The translations under genes were made by a program, and so were the position numbers. A stretch of DNA of 64,000 bases, taken from the IMG/VR virus record IMGVR_UViG_3300027996_002186, positions 310,001-374,000 of that record, one strand, 5' to 3'. The stretch's first letter is position 1, and the number at the start of each line of letters is the position of its first letter. Below are positions 50,117-59,743 of this stretch, piece by piece. The notes under the pieces are model-generated. The model ran no database searches. It saw only the letters and a program-made list of their open reading frames with translations, and was not told the origin of the DNA.

Positions 50117-50337
50117 TGGATAAGGTTGAAAAGAAAAAATATCTAAAACGATTAGAAGCTAAAAGGAAGAGCAGACGTAGAAGAATTAAGAAATTTTTAG
50201 ATTTTAGAAAGTCTGAACCAAAAACATCTAAGTTTAATTCAATAGCTAGCTCACCACTACCTGGTCCTATGTCTGTGGGTCGAAGTTTGGGTAGTGGACC
50301 AGGATCCGTAGATATTATTTCACAAACATCAAATTAA
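50116..50337 (+). CDS. Small basic hypothetical protein
   Basis: 73-aa K/R-rich ORF. Confidence 0.45.
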   Translation: MDKVEKKKYLKRLEAKRKSRRRRIKKFLDFRKSEPKTSKFNSIASSPLPGPMSVGRSLGSGPGSVDIISQTSN

Positions 50338-50392
50338 TACTAAACTTTTTATTCAATATTTATATAATTTAAGTATCATTAAAAAATGGTAG

Positions 50393-50432
50393 TGACATTT
50401 TGTCATACTATTTATTTTGGTACAATAATTGA
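50393..50432 (+). promoter_or_regulatory. Palindromic operator plus sigma54-like promoter upstream of dnaK
   Basis: TGACA-N3-TGTCA (50393-50405); TGGTAC-N5-TTGA (50418-50432) versus consensus TGGCAC-N5-TTGC. Confidence 0.4.
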
Positions 50433-50460
50433 AATTAATAATAAAAAATAAATAAATTAT

Positions 50461-52341
50461 ATGAGTAAAGAAACTACAATAATTGGTATTGACTTAGGAA
50501 CAACAAATAGTTGTTTAGCAGTTGTTCAAGGTGGAGAACCTATTGTTATTACTAATTCAGAAGGTAAGAGAACTACCCCATCAGTTGTTGGATTCACAGA
50601 CAATGATAGAAAGATTGGTGATCCAGCCAAAAGACAAGCGGTTACTAATCCTGAGAAAACTGTTTATTCAATTAAACGTTTCATAGGTAAAGACTTTTCT
50701 GTTTGTAAAAGTGAAGTATCAAAGGTACCTTACAAGTTAGTAAAAACGGGGTCAAATGTCCCAGGTGTTAAAATAGATGATAGAGTCTATACACCACAAG
50801 AAATTTCAGCAATGATTCTACAAAAAATGAAGAAAACGGCTGAAGAGTTTTTAGGTCACGAGGTGGAAAGAGCAGTTATTACTGTTCCAGCTTATTTTGG
50901 TGATGCTGAAAGAACAGCAACTATCGAAGCAGGAGAAATTGCTGGTTTGAAAGTTGAAAGAATTATAAACGAACCAACTGCTGCAGCTTTAGCTTACGGG
51001 TTAGACAAAAAGAATACAGATTCTAAGATTCTTGTATTTGATTGTGGTGGTGGTACACATGATGTTTCAGTTTTAGAAATTGGTGATGGTGTTTTTGAAG
51101 TTAAATCTACGGATGGTGATACTCATTTAGGTGGTGATGATTTCGATAATGCGATTATTGACTGGATGGTAAAAGAATTCAAATCAGAATATGGTATGGA
51201 TTTAACAAAAGATCCAATGGCTCTTCAAAGGTTGAAGGAAGCTGGTGAAAAAGCAAAAATCGAGTTATCAACATCAACACAAACTGAAATAAATCTACCT
51301 TACATCACAGCTAAAGATGGTACACCGTTACACTTTGTTAAGAAGTTATCAAACTCTAAGTTTGAACAAATGACTTCTAAGTTAGTGGATAGAACTATCG
51401 CTTGTGCGAAAAGTGCTCTCAAAAGCGCAGGGTTGAAACCAGCAGACATTGACGAGGTTATACTTGTTGGTGGTTCTACTAGAATCCCAGCTATTCAAAA
51501 AGCTGTTGAAGATTATATTGGTAAAACACCTAATAAATCAGTAAACCCAGATGAAGTTGTTGCTCTTGGAGCGGCTATTCAAGGAGCTGTTTTAGGAGGA
51601 GGAATTACAGATGTTTTACTTCTTGATGTAACACCCCTTTCACTAGGTATTGAAACAATGGGGTCAGTAATGACTAGATTGATTGATGCTAATACAACGA
51701 TTCCTACTCGTAAGGCGGAAACGTTTTCAACGGCATCTGATAATCAACCATCTGTTGAGATTCATGTTTTACAAGGTGAAAGACCAATGGCAAAAGATAA
51801 TCGTGACTTAGGTAGATTCCATTTAGATGGTATAATGCCCGCTCCAAGAGGTATTCCTCAAGTTGAAGTTACATTAGATATCGATGCTAATGGAATCCTT
51901 TCTGTTTCTGCTAAAGATAAGGCTACTGGTAAAGAGAATAAAATTCGAATTGAAGGTGGTTCTCAATTATCTAAAGAAGAAATTGAAAGAATGAAGTCTG
52001 AAGCTGAGGCTAACGCTGAAACAGATAAAATCGAAAGAGATAAAGTTGATAAACTTAATGAAGTAGATAACTTAATGTTTCAGACAAATAAGCAGATGAA
52101 GGAATTCTCTGAACAATTAACGGAGGAGGATGTTAATTCTCTAAAGTCTGATCTTGAAGAGGTTCAAAAAGCTCATTCTGAACAAGACATTGAAAAGATG
52201 GATGAAACATCCAAGAAATTGAGTGAAACTTGGTCAGTAATCAGTACTAGGCTATACCAAGAAACAAATGAGGCCGAATCGACAGAAGAGGTCGTAGATG
52301 AAGGTGAAGTGGAAGACACTCCATTTGAAGAGGTAGATTAA
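50461..52341 (+). CDS. dnaK: DnaK (Hsp70)
   Basis: [32 protein letters not shown]-like linker DVLLLDV, GIETMG. Confidence 0.97.
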   Translation: MSKETTIIGIDLGTTNSCLAVVQGGEPIVITNSEGKRTTPSVVGFTDNDRKIGDPAKRQAVTNPEKTVYSIKRFIGKDFSVCKSEVSKVPYKLVKTGSNVPGVKIDDRVYTPQEISAMILQKMKKTAEEFLGHEVERAVITVPAYFGDAERTATIEAGEIAGLKVERIINEPTAAALAYGLDKKNTDSKILVFDCGGGTHDVSVLEIGDGVFEVKSTDGDTHLGGDDFDNAIIDWMVKEFKSEYGMDLTKDPMALQRLKEAGEKAKIELSTSTQTEINLPYITAKDGTPLHFVKKLSNSKFEQMTSKLVDRTIACAKSALKSAGLKPADIDEVILVGGSTRIPAIQKAVEDYIGKTPNKSVNPDEVVALGAAIQGAVLGGGITDVLLLDVTPLSLGIETMGSVMTRLIDANTTIPTRKAETFSTASDNQPSVEIHVLQGERPMAKDNRDLGRFHLDGIMPAPRGIPQVEVTLDIDANGILSVSAKDKATGKENKIRIEGGSQLSKEEIERMKSEAEANAETDKIERDKVDKLNEVDNLMFQTNKQMKEFSEQLTEEDVNSLKSDLEEVQKAHSEQDIEKMDETSKKLSETWSVISTRLYQETNEAESTEEVVDEGEVEDTPFEEVD

Positions 52342-52344
52342 AAC

Positions 52345-52378
52345 AAAAAACCCAGTCAATTTTGACTGGGTTTTTTTT
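52345..52378. terminator. Bidirectional terminator
   Basis: AAAAAACCCAGTCAA / TTGACTGGGTTTTTT. Confidence 0.8.
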
Positions 52379-52389
52379 ATTACTTATGT

Positions 52390-53685
52390 TTAATCATGAC
52401 ATTGTAAATCACCATCATCATCCATATAACAACCATCGGTATCTCTGAATGTTCTATTTATATATAAATCACCATCTCTATCATTAGTTAACGACCCCAA
52501 CCAATGATCGAAGCTTAAATAACACATAGTATCCATATAAGGATATCTAGTCCATTTACCACCACTGCCGGTTAACTTAACAACCAAGACAGCAGATTTA
52601 CTAGTTGAACCATTTGTGATTTTTTCACTTGGATCCATGGTTTGTGATTTCTTATACCACCAGTTATTCTTCTCAGCATATTGTTTGAATAATTCAACAT
52701 CACTATCATTCGTTGTGTATATTCTATCCATAAATGTACCTTCTGTTCCGTCAATAGTAGCTTTCCATAATAACGCTCTACCCTTTATTTGATCTGACTT
52801 AAACACACCATTACCTTTAATTTCACCATCATCACCATATAAAATAACCATTTGAATTTCTTTTGTGTTGTTACAATACATATCAAAAAATTCACTAGGT
52901 GATTCAGCCATACAAGAACTATTCAAAACACCTCCACCATCAACATATCTATCTTCATTGCTATTATCATACCAATATGCTATATCTTCACCTTTAACAA
53001 TATCGAATTGTTTTAATACGTCCTGTGCGAAATCAAATGTGGCTTTATATGTATTTGTAAATTCTTCTATGTCTTTATCAAGAAATTCTAACCCAGATGC
53101 TTTTAACACAGCTCTAACTAATCTACCAACTTTAATTTTATTTCTTGATGTAGACCATATTTTAGAATTTTCTGATGAATCTGTTTCTTCCAATGATTCT
53201 TTATTAAGAACTGTTTTTCTAGGTGAGTCGGTATCATCTTCTTCAAATATAACATATATCTTACCAGATGACTCACTAATAGTTTCTCCTAAAATAATAC
53301 CAATAGTTTGGTCTACGGGTGCCCAAGGTTCTCCTGATGGCTTTTCATAACCAAGAGCTTCGAAAAGTTTATTATTACCATTGGAGTGTGTTAAATACCT
53401 TTGTGAATCTATAACTTCCCATAATTGTGGTTTATCCTTTAATATTTCTTGTGCTTTTCTATCTGGTGTGAATGAAACAGCATCCTTAGCATCAGTAATA
53501 TCAATATAGTTGTGTGAAATTTTCACATCTTTAGAATAAAGATTCAATAATTCGGATGCTATCTTATTTGATTTCATCTTATTCAATAAGTTAATAAACT
53601 TTTTAGAAAAAACCATTTTAGATTCTAGTAATAGCTCATAAGCTACTTTTTCTGTTATATAATCATTATATTTTAATAAACTCAT
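52390..53685 (-). CDS. Conserved jumbo-phage hypothetical protein (start reassigned), putative virion protein
   Basis: MSLLKYNDYITEK leader; SSCM, GRALLW, FMDRIY, YPYMDT motifs; AATATATA at 53712-53719. Confidence 0.6.
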   Translation of the reverse strand: MSLLKYNDYITEKVAYELLLESKMVFSKKFINLLNKMKSNKIASELLNLYSKDVKISHNYIDITDAKDAVSFTPDRKAQEILKDKPQLWEVIDSQRYLTHSNGNNKLFEALGYEKPSGEPWAPVDQTIGIILGETISESSGKIYVIFEEDDTDSPRKTVLNKESLEETDSSENSKIWSTSRNKIKVGRLVRAVLKASGLEFLDKDIEEFTNTYKATFDFAQDVLKQFDIVKGEDIAYWYDNSNEDRYVDGGGVLNSSCMAESPSEFFDMYCNNTKEIQMVILYGDDGEIKGNGVFKSDQIKGRALLWKATIDGTEGTFMDRIYTTNDSDVELFKQYAEKNNWWYKKSQTMDPSEKITNGSTSKSAVLVVKLTGSGGKWTRYPYMDTMCYLSFDHWLGSLTNDRDGDLYINRTFRDTDGCYMDDDGDLQCHD

Positions 53686-53802
53686 CAAATTAGTTATTGT
53701 TTTATTATTGTTATATATTAAAATATAAAAATTCAAAACACTAAATTTTAACCAAATTGAAATTTTAATATATAACCAGTGAAGAAAATTTTATACAGAG
53801 TT

Positions 53803-54036
53803 ATGAAAAATAAAATAATTAACTTAATAAAGTTGTTAGGATTTGGTGTTAATGAACTTTTAATGGATATAAATCTACCAATGGCTGATTTTAATTCAGT
53901 TGAGTGGGATGCCGAAACAAATAAAGTTTTCTTACATATATTCAAGGATGATTTAGATATCATTATTGATTTTGATGATGTTGATGAAGAAAGTCAATTA
54001 AAATTATATCAACTATTATCAATTATTTACAACTAA
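53803..54036 (+). CDS. Small hypothetical protein
   Basis: ORF; AATATATA at 53767-53774. Confidence 0.45.
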   Translation: MKNKIINLIKLLGFGVNELLMDINLPMADFNSVEWDAETNKVFLHIFKDDLDIIIDFDDVDEESQLKLYQLLSIIYN

Positions 54037-54100
54037 TTGATAAGTGATAATTATCACTACTCAATTTCATCACTTACACCACCATAAACAACATATAATA

Positions 54101-55060
54101 TTATAATGATATTAGCATTTCTACTAATTCTTTTTGCGGAAAGCAATCATACTTATCTTTACGAACATTTGTGTGTGTCCATAACCCGAATTGGTTTGCA
54201 TTATACGCATCTTCATTAAATTCAAATGCTTCTGCAGGTGGCATTCCATATCTCAATAATTTAGGCAATCCATGTACCAAGTCCATTTTAGGATATATGT
54301 CTTTTAGATGTAGTAATAACAATCTAAGACTTTCTATTTGTTTAGTTGTGTATGCGTGCCAATATTGATGGCCTCTGAATTCGTAACCTAGATCACAAAC
54401 AAATTCTGGCATAACCTCGGTATTAACATATGTGTAGAATTTACCGTTTTTCTTAGTAAGATATCCGAAGTTACATAACTCAACTCCACCAGAAAACTTT
54501 GAAATGTTAAAACCACCGACCTTTCCTAGATGCCACCCTAGATAATTATCAGGAAAACATTCCACCGTAACTCCATCATATTTAGCTTCATTTCCTTTTA
54601 CATTAGAACCCCCGATTACGTACTGTGTAGCAACTCTACCTCTAGAATCTTTATTCCAACTATTAACTGTGTTATATGGATTATCCCAACCAGCGGTGTG
54701 GTGTATGAAAAAACCAAGTGGTTCAATCTTACCATAATCTCTTACATATTCATCTGAATCCAAATATACCTTATCAATAACTAGACCATCCTTTGTTGTG
54801 TATTTACCATGATACGCTAGCTTATCATCTTTATCGTTAGATGGTTCTTCATTTTTAGTTGTTGATGATTGATCAGTATCAATACCAGCAGCTTCCCATG
54901 TTTTCCTTCCAACTATACCATCAGCAACTAATCCGTTGTCTTTTTGAAATTGTATAGTTAACCTTTCCGTTCCAGAACCGAATATACCATCTGGTGTCGT
55001 TTTTAAAACTTGTTGCCATTCAACTACTTCAGATCCTCTGTCTCCTTTTCTAATTGTCAT
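54101..55060 (-). CDS. Peptidoglycan-binding + Amidase_2 endolysin
   Basis: PG-binding repeats DGIFG/DGIVG; HHTAG, VELCN, THTNVR, KYDCFP. Confidence 0.85.
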   Translation of the reverse strand: MTIRKGDRGSEVVEWQQVLKTTPDGIFGSGTERLTIQFQKDNGLVADGIVGRKTWEAAGIDTDQSSTTKNEEPSNDKDDKLAYHGKYTTKDGLVIDKVYLDSDEYVRDYGKIEPLGFFIHHTAGWDNPYNTVNSWNKDSRGRVATQYVIGGSNVKGNEAKYDGVTVECFPDNYLGWHLGKVGGFNISKFSGGVELCNFGYLTKKNGKFYTYVNTEVMPEFVCDLGYEFRGHQYWHAYTTKQIESLRLLLLHLKDIYPKMDLVHGLPKLLRYGMPPAEAFEFNEDAYNANQFGLWTHTNVRKDKYDCFPQKELVEMLISL

Positions 55061-55093
55061 AATATTTTTTATTTTTTAATAATTTTATATACT

Positions 55094-56125
55094 TCATAAA
55101 GTGTTTAACATTTCTATCATCTCCTTCTGTGGGAATATATCAAATTTACCTGTTCTTACTTGTGTATTGTTTCTAAGACCACCATGACTAAACCACTTAA
55201 CATCATACTCAAACCATTGTTCGTCATAAATACCAGTCTCAATTTGTATATCCCATCTTTTTTTCAAATATAAAATAAGTTTTCTAGTACTTTCTATTTG
55301 AGCATCTGTATATCTTTCATAATGTGTATATCCTCTGAAAGGTTTATCTAACTCAACAACATCCTCATCATTAATAGGTTGATTAACATAATTATAATAT
55401 CTACCATCTTTACCTAATGTCAATGGTCCATAATTACATATCTCAATACCAATAGATTTTGAGTTTAATGCTTTACTTTTTGTGTGTGATATATCTAAAT
55501 GATAAGCCCAGTGTCTATCATCAAATGATCTTAATACTTTACCATCCCATAATATATCATTTTTAGATGAAGAACTTCTACCTATTACAAATTGTGTTCC
55601 AACTCTTAATGGTTTCGGATTACCCTTTTTATCTAAAATAGCATTACCCTTTTTATCTTTTTGGAAATCTCTTTCCCAACCACCGATAGTCCAATCTGGT
55701 CTAGACCCACCAGCAGTGTGGTGTAACCAAATTGTATCTTTTACTGTTTCTGTTTTATAATATTCATCATCTTCTAAAAAACAATCATATATTGTTAATG
55801 AATCCTCGCCGATATAAGATATTTTAAATGGTATATTTTCATTTCTAGGAGTTGGAGTGATAACAACATCAGTCTCAATACCCTTTGACTCTTTTTCTTT
55901 TTTATTTTCTAAATGGTTAGTTATTTGACTCCAAGTTTGTGGACCAATAACACCATCAGCTTTTATACCAACAGACCTTTGATAATTAGTAACTGATACT
56001 AATGTATTTTGAGTGAAGTTCCCATCAATTATATTTTTGTGATATCCATATTCTTTTAATCTAGTTTGTACCCAACGGACATCATCACCGGACATTTTCA
56101 GCATTAAAATTCTCTTTAGTTTCAT
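55094..56125 (-). CDS. Second PG-binding + Amidase_2 paralog (Zn-ligand His replaced)
   Basis: DGNFT/DGVIG; HHTAG, IEICN; GLRNNTQVR where the paralog has GLWTHTNVR. Confidence 0.8.
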   Translation of the reverse strand: MKLKRILMLKMSGDDVRWVQTRLKEYGYHKNIIDGNFTQNTLVSVTNYQRSVGIKADGVIGPQTWSQITNHLENKKEKESKGIETDVVITPTPRNENIPFKISYIGEDSLTIYDCFLEDDEYYKTETVKDTIWLHHTAGGSRPDWTIGGWERDFQKDKKGNAILDKKGNPKPLRVGTQFVIGRSSSSKNDILWDGKVLRSFDDRHWAYHLDISHTKSKALNSKSIGIEICNYGPLTLGKDGRYYNYVNQPINDEDVVELDKPFRGYTHYERYTDAQIESTRKLILYLKKRWDIQIETGIYDEQWFEYDVKWFSHGGLRNNTQVRTGKFDIFPQKEMIEMLNTL

Positions 56126-56640
56126 AAACTATTATTATTTTTATATCTTTCTTTTTGCTTATTATCTAAATATGCTTTCAAATCAGCATAAGTAACATTT
56201 CCTGGGTTTTGAAGTATATTTTCAGCAATACCATCTGCCTTAACTTCAAGCTTCTTAAGCTCTTCATTCTTAACCCTTTCCTCATACTGATCTTCAACAT
56301 TCTTTAGAATGTGTCCTAGATAAAAATCTATATTATTTTTGATTACCATAATTTTATCGAAAGTATATAAAAATTCCTCGAAGGTATCACCATAATAAAC
56401 AGCGAAGGTATCATCTTTTATAAAATGATCAGCATAGAATTTTATATCACCAACATTTCCTTGGCCATATATCGTAGCTTTGTATTGATTAAAATAGAAA
56501 TAAGTGAATTTATCGTTTGGGTTAAAAGTTCTTTTACCATTTTTCTCAACAGTAGCAACTAATCCAAGATTTATCCTAAAATAACTTGATCTTTTAAATT
56601 CTGTTATAGTTTGATATGATGAAACAACGTGTAAAGCCAT
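56122..56640 (-). CDS. Hypothetical protein
   Basis: 172-aa ORF heading the amidase operon; AATAAATA at 56645-56652. Confidence 0.55.
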   Translation of the reverse strand: MALHVVSSYQTITEFKRSSYFRINLGLVATVEKNGKRTFNPNDKFTYFYFNQYKATIYGQGNVGDIKFYADHFIKDDTFAVYYGDTFEEFLYTFDKIMVIKNNIDFYLGHILKNVEDQYEERVKNEELKKLEVKADGIAENILQNPGNVTYADLKAYLDNKQKERYKNNNSL

Positions 56641-56732
56641 AGGTTATTTATTAAAAAAAATGTGCTTCCTAATGTATATGATTAAAAATAATGATAATTA
56701 TCAACGATTGTAGAATTTTATGTGTGAAAATA

Positions 56733-57302
56733 TTACTCAGTCTCGATTGCAAACTCATCACTATCATCACCAAATTTATCATCAAGTTCTATCTTTAAAT
56801 CGATTAAGAACTCCTCATCTATATCTTTGATATCAATATTTTTACTAATTTGACCAATTATTTCAGTAAGTTTATCTAAGCTATATTTCTTAAATTTAAT
56901 ATAACATTTTTCTATATCATCACTATCGAAATTTTTCTCTGGATCTTTAGGTATAGCTTCTTTAATATCTATCATTAATATAAGAGTATATGTATTTTCA
57001 TCATCCATAAATTTAATTGTTAATGAGTCATACATTTTAGAATATTTTGATACTTCTGAACTTAGTAAAGAAACACCCAAATCTTCAAAGGTCATTTTAT
57101 TACTATCCTTCATTGATATTTTTTTAATCTTTGTTGGATCTTCTTCTGCTTCTTCTTCTGGGTTATCTATATCACCATCTTGAAAAACAAACATTTTATC
57201 TATCTTTAATTTGATTTGTGATAATGCCGTTGCTATATAACTCTCAGGAGTTTCAGCAAATAACTCTTCTTTTATAAAATCTAAATATTTTCTAACTATC
57301 AT
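56733..57302 (-). CDS. Acidic protein with capsid-targeting-like leader (start reassigned)
   Basis: MIVRKYLDFIKEE at 57302; AATATATA at 57307-57314. Confidence 0.6.
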   Translation of the reverse strand: MIVRKYLDFIKEELFAETPESYIATALSQIKLKIDKMFVFQDGDIDNPEEEAEEDPTKIKKISMKDSNKMTFEDLGVSLLSSEVSKYSKMYDSLTIKFMDDENTYTLILMIDIKEAIPKDPEKNFDSDDIEKCYIKFKKYSLDKLTEIIGQISKNIDIKDIDEEFLIDLKIELDDKFGDDSDEFAIETE

Positions 57303-57373
57303 ATCATATATATTAAAATAATATAACCTTTTTATCATTTGTTATATTAATATTTAATCACTATATTTATAAA

Positions 57374-58297
57374 ATGAGTAATATAGGATATTGTTGCATA
57401 CCATTAGGTTGTAATTTAAATAAAAAAGCAAAAGAACACATTAAAGTTAACCGAGGAATGATTCGTAGAACATTTCTTTCAAAAGGCATATCTTATGTTT
57501 CTGAATTAGTAATTGAGAATCTCAAAGATACTTTAAAGGTATTGGATTATAATCTGAGCCAAGATATTTATATCTACCGATTATCATCGGATTCATTTCC
57601 TTGGATGTCTGAGTATGAATTTGAAGATTTACCAAATTTTAACAAAATACAATCTTTGTTATTAGATATCGGTGATAAAGTTAAGTCTAATAGTATAAGA
57701 GTTTCATATCATCCAGGTCCTTTTAATGTATTAGCTTCTGAGAATGAGGCAGTTGTTTTAAAAACTATCAAAGAGTTAAATAAACATGCTGAGATAATGG
57801 ATTTGATGGGTTTAGAACAAAACACATTTTACCCAATTAATATACACATCAACACAACAAAACCAACTAGAGAAGAAGCTGCTCAAAGATTCGTAGATAG
57901 ATTTAGTGAGTTAACTGAATCTTGTAAAAAAAGATTAACTATTGAGAATGATGATTCACCAAATCAATACTCAGTTAAGATGTTACATGATTGGTTACAT
58001 AAGAAAATAGGTATACCAGTTGTTTTTGACCAACATCACTTTTTATATGGACCTCAAGACCAAAGTATGGAAGACGCTATAAAACTAGCATACTCAACTT
58101 GGAATACGAGAGTAATGACTCACATGAGTTCATCAAAAACATTAGAAGATAAAACAGGTAGAAAAACAGCTCACTCAGATTATATTTATGAAGAGATAAA
58201 AACTTATGGATTAGATTTTGATACAGAGATTGAAGCTAAGGCTAAAGACCTCGCAGTTATAAAATACAGGAAACAATTTCAGGTTCTAAAAGGATGA
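57374..58297 (+). CDS. uvdE: UV-damage endonuclease (UvdE/UvsE)
   Basis: IGYCC, YRLSS, SYHPG, IENDD, VFDQHH, HSDY, EIEAKAKD. Confidence 0.9.
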   Translation: MSNIGYCCIPLGCNLNKKAKEHIKVNRGMIRRTFLSKGISYVSELVIENLKDTLKVLDYNLSQDIYIYRLSSDSFPWMSEYEFEDLPNFNKIQSLLLDIGDKVKSNSIRVSYHPGPFNVLASENEAVVLKTIKELNKHAEIMDLMGLEQNTFYPINIHINTTKPTREEAAQRFVDRFSELTESCKKRLTIENDDSPNQYSVKMLHDWLHKKIGIPVVFDQHHFLYGPQDQSMEDAIKLAYSTWNTRVMTHMSSSKTLEDKTGRKTAHSDYIYEEIKTYGLDFDTEIEAKAKDLAVIKYRKQFQVLKG

Positions 58298-58299
58298 TG

Positions 58300-58533
58300 T
58301 TAAATACCTAATGATTTTATTTTCATATGTCTTTTAACTTTTAAGTAATCATCCTTATCCATTGATAATGTTATTTTCTTGTCTCTGTAATAAGTTACAC
58401 CTTTACAAACCCAATCAATTTTCACATAATCAATAAAAACACTACTTGTGTATTCAGTTGCTTTTAATATTTTTATCTTATCAAAAAAGCTTATATCGAT
58501 CTCATATATTTCCCCATATATTCTAACTGTCAT
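58300..58533 (-). CDS. Small protein with C-terminal tag
   Basis: Ends RHMKIKSLGI. Confidence 0.55.
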   Translation of the reverse strand: MTVRIYGEIYEIDISFFDKIKILKATEYTSSVFIDYVKIDWVCKGVTYYRDKKITLSMDKDDYLKVKRHMKIKSLGI

Positions 58534-59011
58534 CTCCTAATATTGAACTTAGTTTATTATCCCTAACTTCATATTTCTCAGTTATATCAGCATATCGAAT
58601 AACATAAAAACTACTCATTTTAGATAAATCGGCGAATTTTGAAATGGTGTAGATTGCGAATTTTTTCCACTTACCCTCTTCAAAGAACTTATGCAAATCT
58701 GATTCGGTTTTGAATGTATAGGCACGTGTCTCATATGTTCTTGTTATGATTTTATTACCTTCCAATTTCATTATGTTAAAAACGGGTGATTTACAAACAT
58801 ATGATATCTTATCCCAATACTTATCAAGTAAATCATCTAACCATAAAGAAGTATTGAATGTTGCTAAATTCACATTAACATTAGAACTATCATTACAAAC
58901 CTCACAATTTTCAACTAAATATTTAAGAGCTTCTAAATTATACTCAGATATTGGATATACTGATAATTCTCTTTTTGGATTCACACTTTTAATAAAATCA
59001 CCAAACATCAT
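58523..59011 (-). CDS. Hypothetical protein with C-terminal tag
   Basis: Ends RDNKLSSILG. Confidence 0.55.
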   Translation of the reverse strand: MMFGDFIKSVNPKRELSVYPISEYNLEALKYLVENCEVCNDSSNVNVNLATFNTSLWLDDLLDKYWDKISYVCKSPVFNIMKLEGNKIITRTYETRAYTFKTESDLHKFFEEGKWKKFAIYTISKFADLSKMSSFYVIRYADITEKYEVRDNKLSSILGDDS

Positions 59012-59420
59012 ATTTTTTTATTTCTATTCCAGCTTCCTTTAGGAAATCCAAACCGGATGTATCTTTATATTCTATAACATAAACCAATCTTTTTATACCA
59101 GATTGTAAAATCAATTTAGAACAATCTTTACAAGGTGAATGTGTTTGATATAAAGTAGCACCATCACATGAATGTCCATGTCTAGCACATTTCAGAATGG
59201 CGTTTGCTTCTCCGTGTATAACACTCCAACTTGTAGTACCATCATCTATTTCACAAGCGTTATCGAACCCTGTGGGTGTACCATTATAACCATCTGATAT
59301 AATCATACCATTCTTTACAATAAGAGCACCTACTTGTTTACGTGTACAATGAGAGAGATTGGACCACTCTTTAGCCATCTCTAAATATGTTTTATCATAT
59401 CTTTCTTGCTTAGTATCCAT
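58998..59420 (-). CDS. dCMP deaminase
   Basis: HCTRKQVGA, GYNG, HGEAN, PCKDC. Confidence 0.92.
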   Translation of the reverse strand: MDTKQERYDKTYLEMAKEWSNLSHCTRKQVGALIVKNGMIISDGYNGTPTGFDNACEIDDGTTSWSVIHGEANAILKCARHGHSCDGATLYQTHSPCKDCSKLILQSGIKRLVYVIEYKDTSGLDFLKEAGIEIKKYDVW

Positions 59421-59571
59421 TACTTCGATTTTTATTAAATATTCTTTTAATTTTCTCTTTTCTAACTTCTCTGGATAAGTTTAATATATTCTTAATAGCC
59501 CAATCAGTACTGATATATTGATTACCAGTTATCATAAGCTCTTTCATTAATTCCCACTTAAAGTTATTCAT
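59410..59571 (-). CDS. Mini-protein with C-terminal tag (start reassigned to MNNFKW)
   Basis: Ends RKEKIKRIF..; FKWELMKELMITGNQY weakly resembles a portal helix. Confidence 0.5.
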   Translation of the reverse strand: MNNFKWELMKELMITGNQYISTDWAIKNILNLSREVRKEKIKRIFNKNRSNGY

Positions 59572-59737
59572 TGAATATATTTTTAATTTTATACATCCTC
59601 TCAGATCTTTTATCAAGCCCATTAATCATGTCACTAACAACCTGACTAGTAACTATGTAATTACCAACTCCTCTTCTCGAATATTTGTTTATTTTAGAAG
59701 CAGTTTTTAATATTTTATCAAATAAATTTTTAGACAA
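59564..59737 (-). CDS. Mini-protein: major-capsid (gp23-like) fragment + C-terminal tag (TTG start; not in track)
   Basis: Manual translation LSKNLFDKILKTASKINKYSRRGVGNYIVTSQVVSDMINGLDKRSERMYKIKNIFNE*; matches T4 gp23 LLFQIDKEAVEIARQTGRGEGNFIIASRNVVNVL (recalled). Confidence 0.65.
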   Translation of the reverse strand: MSKNLFDKILKTASKINKYSRRGVGNYIVTSQVVSDMINGLDKRSERMYKIKNIFNE

Positions 59738-59743
59738 TGATAT

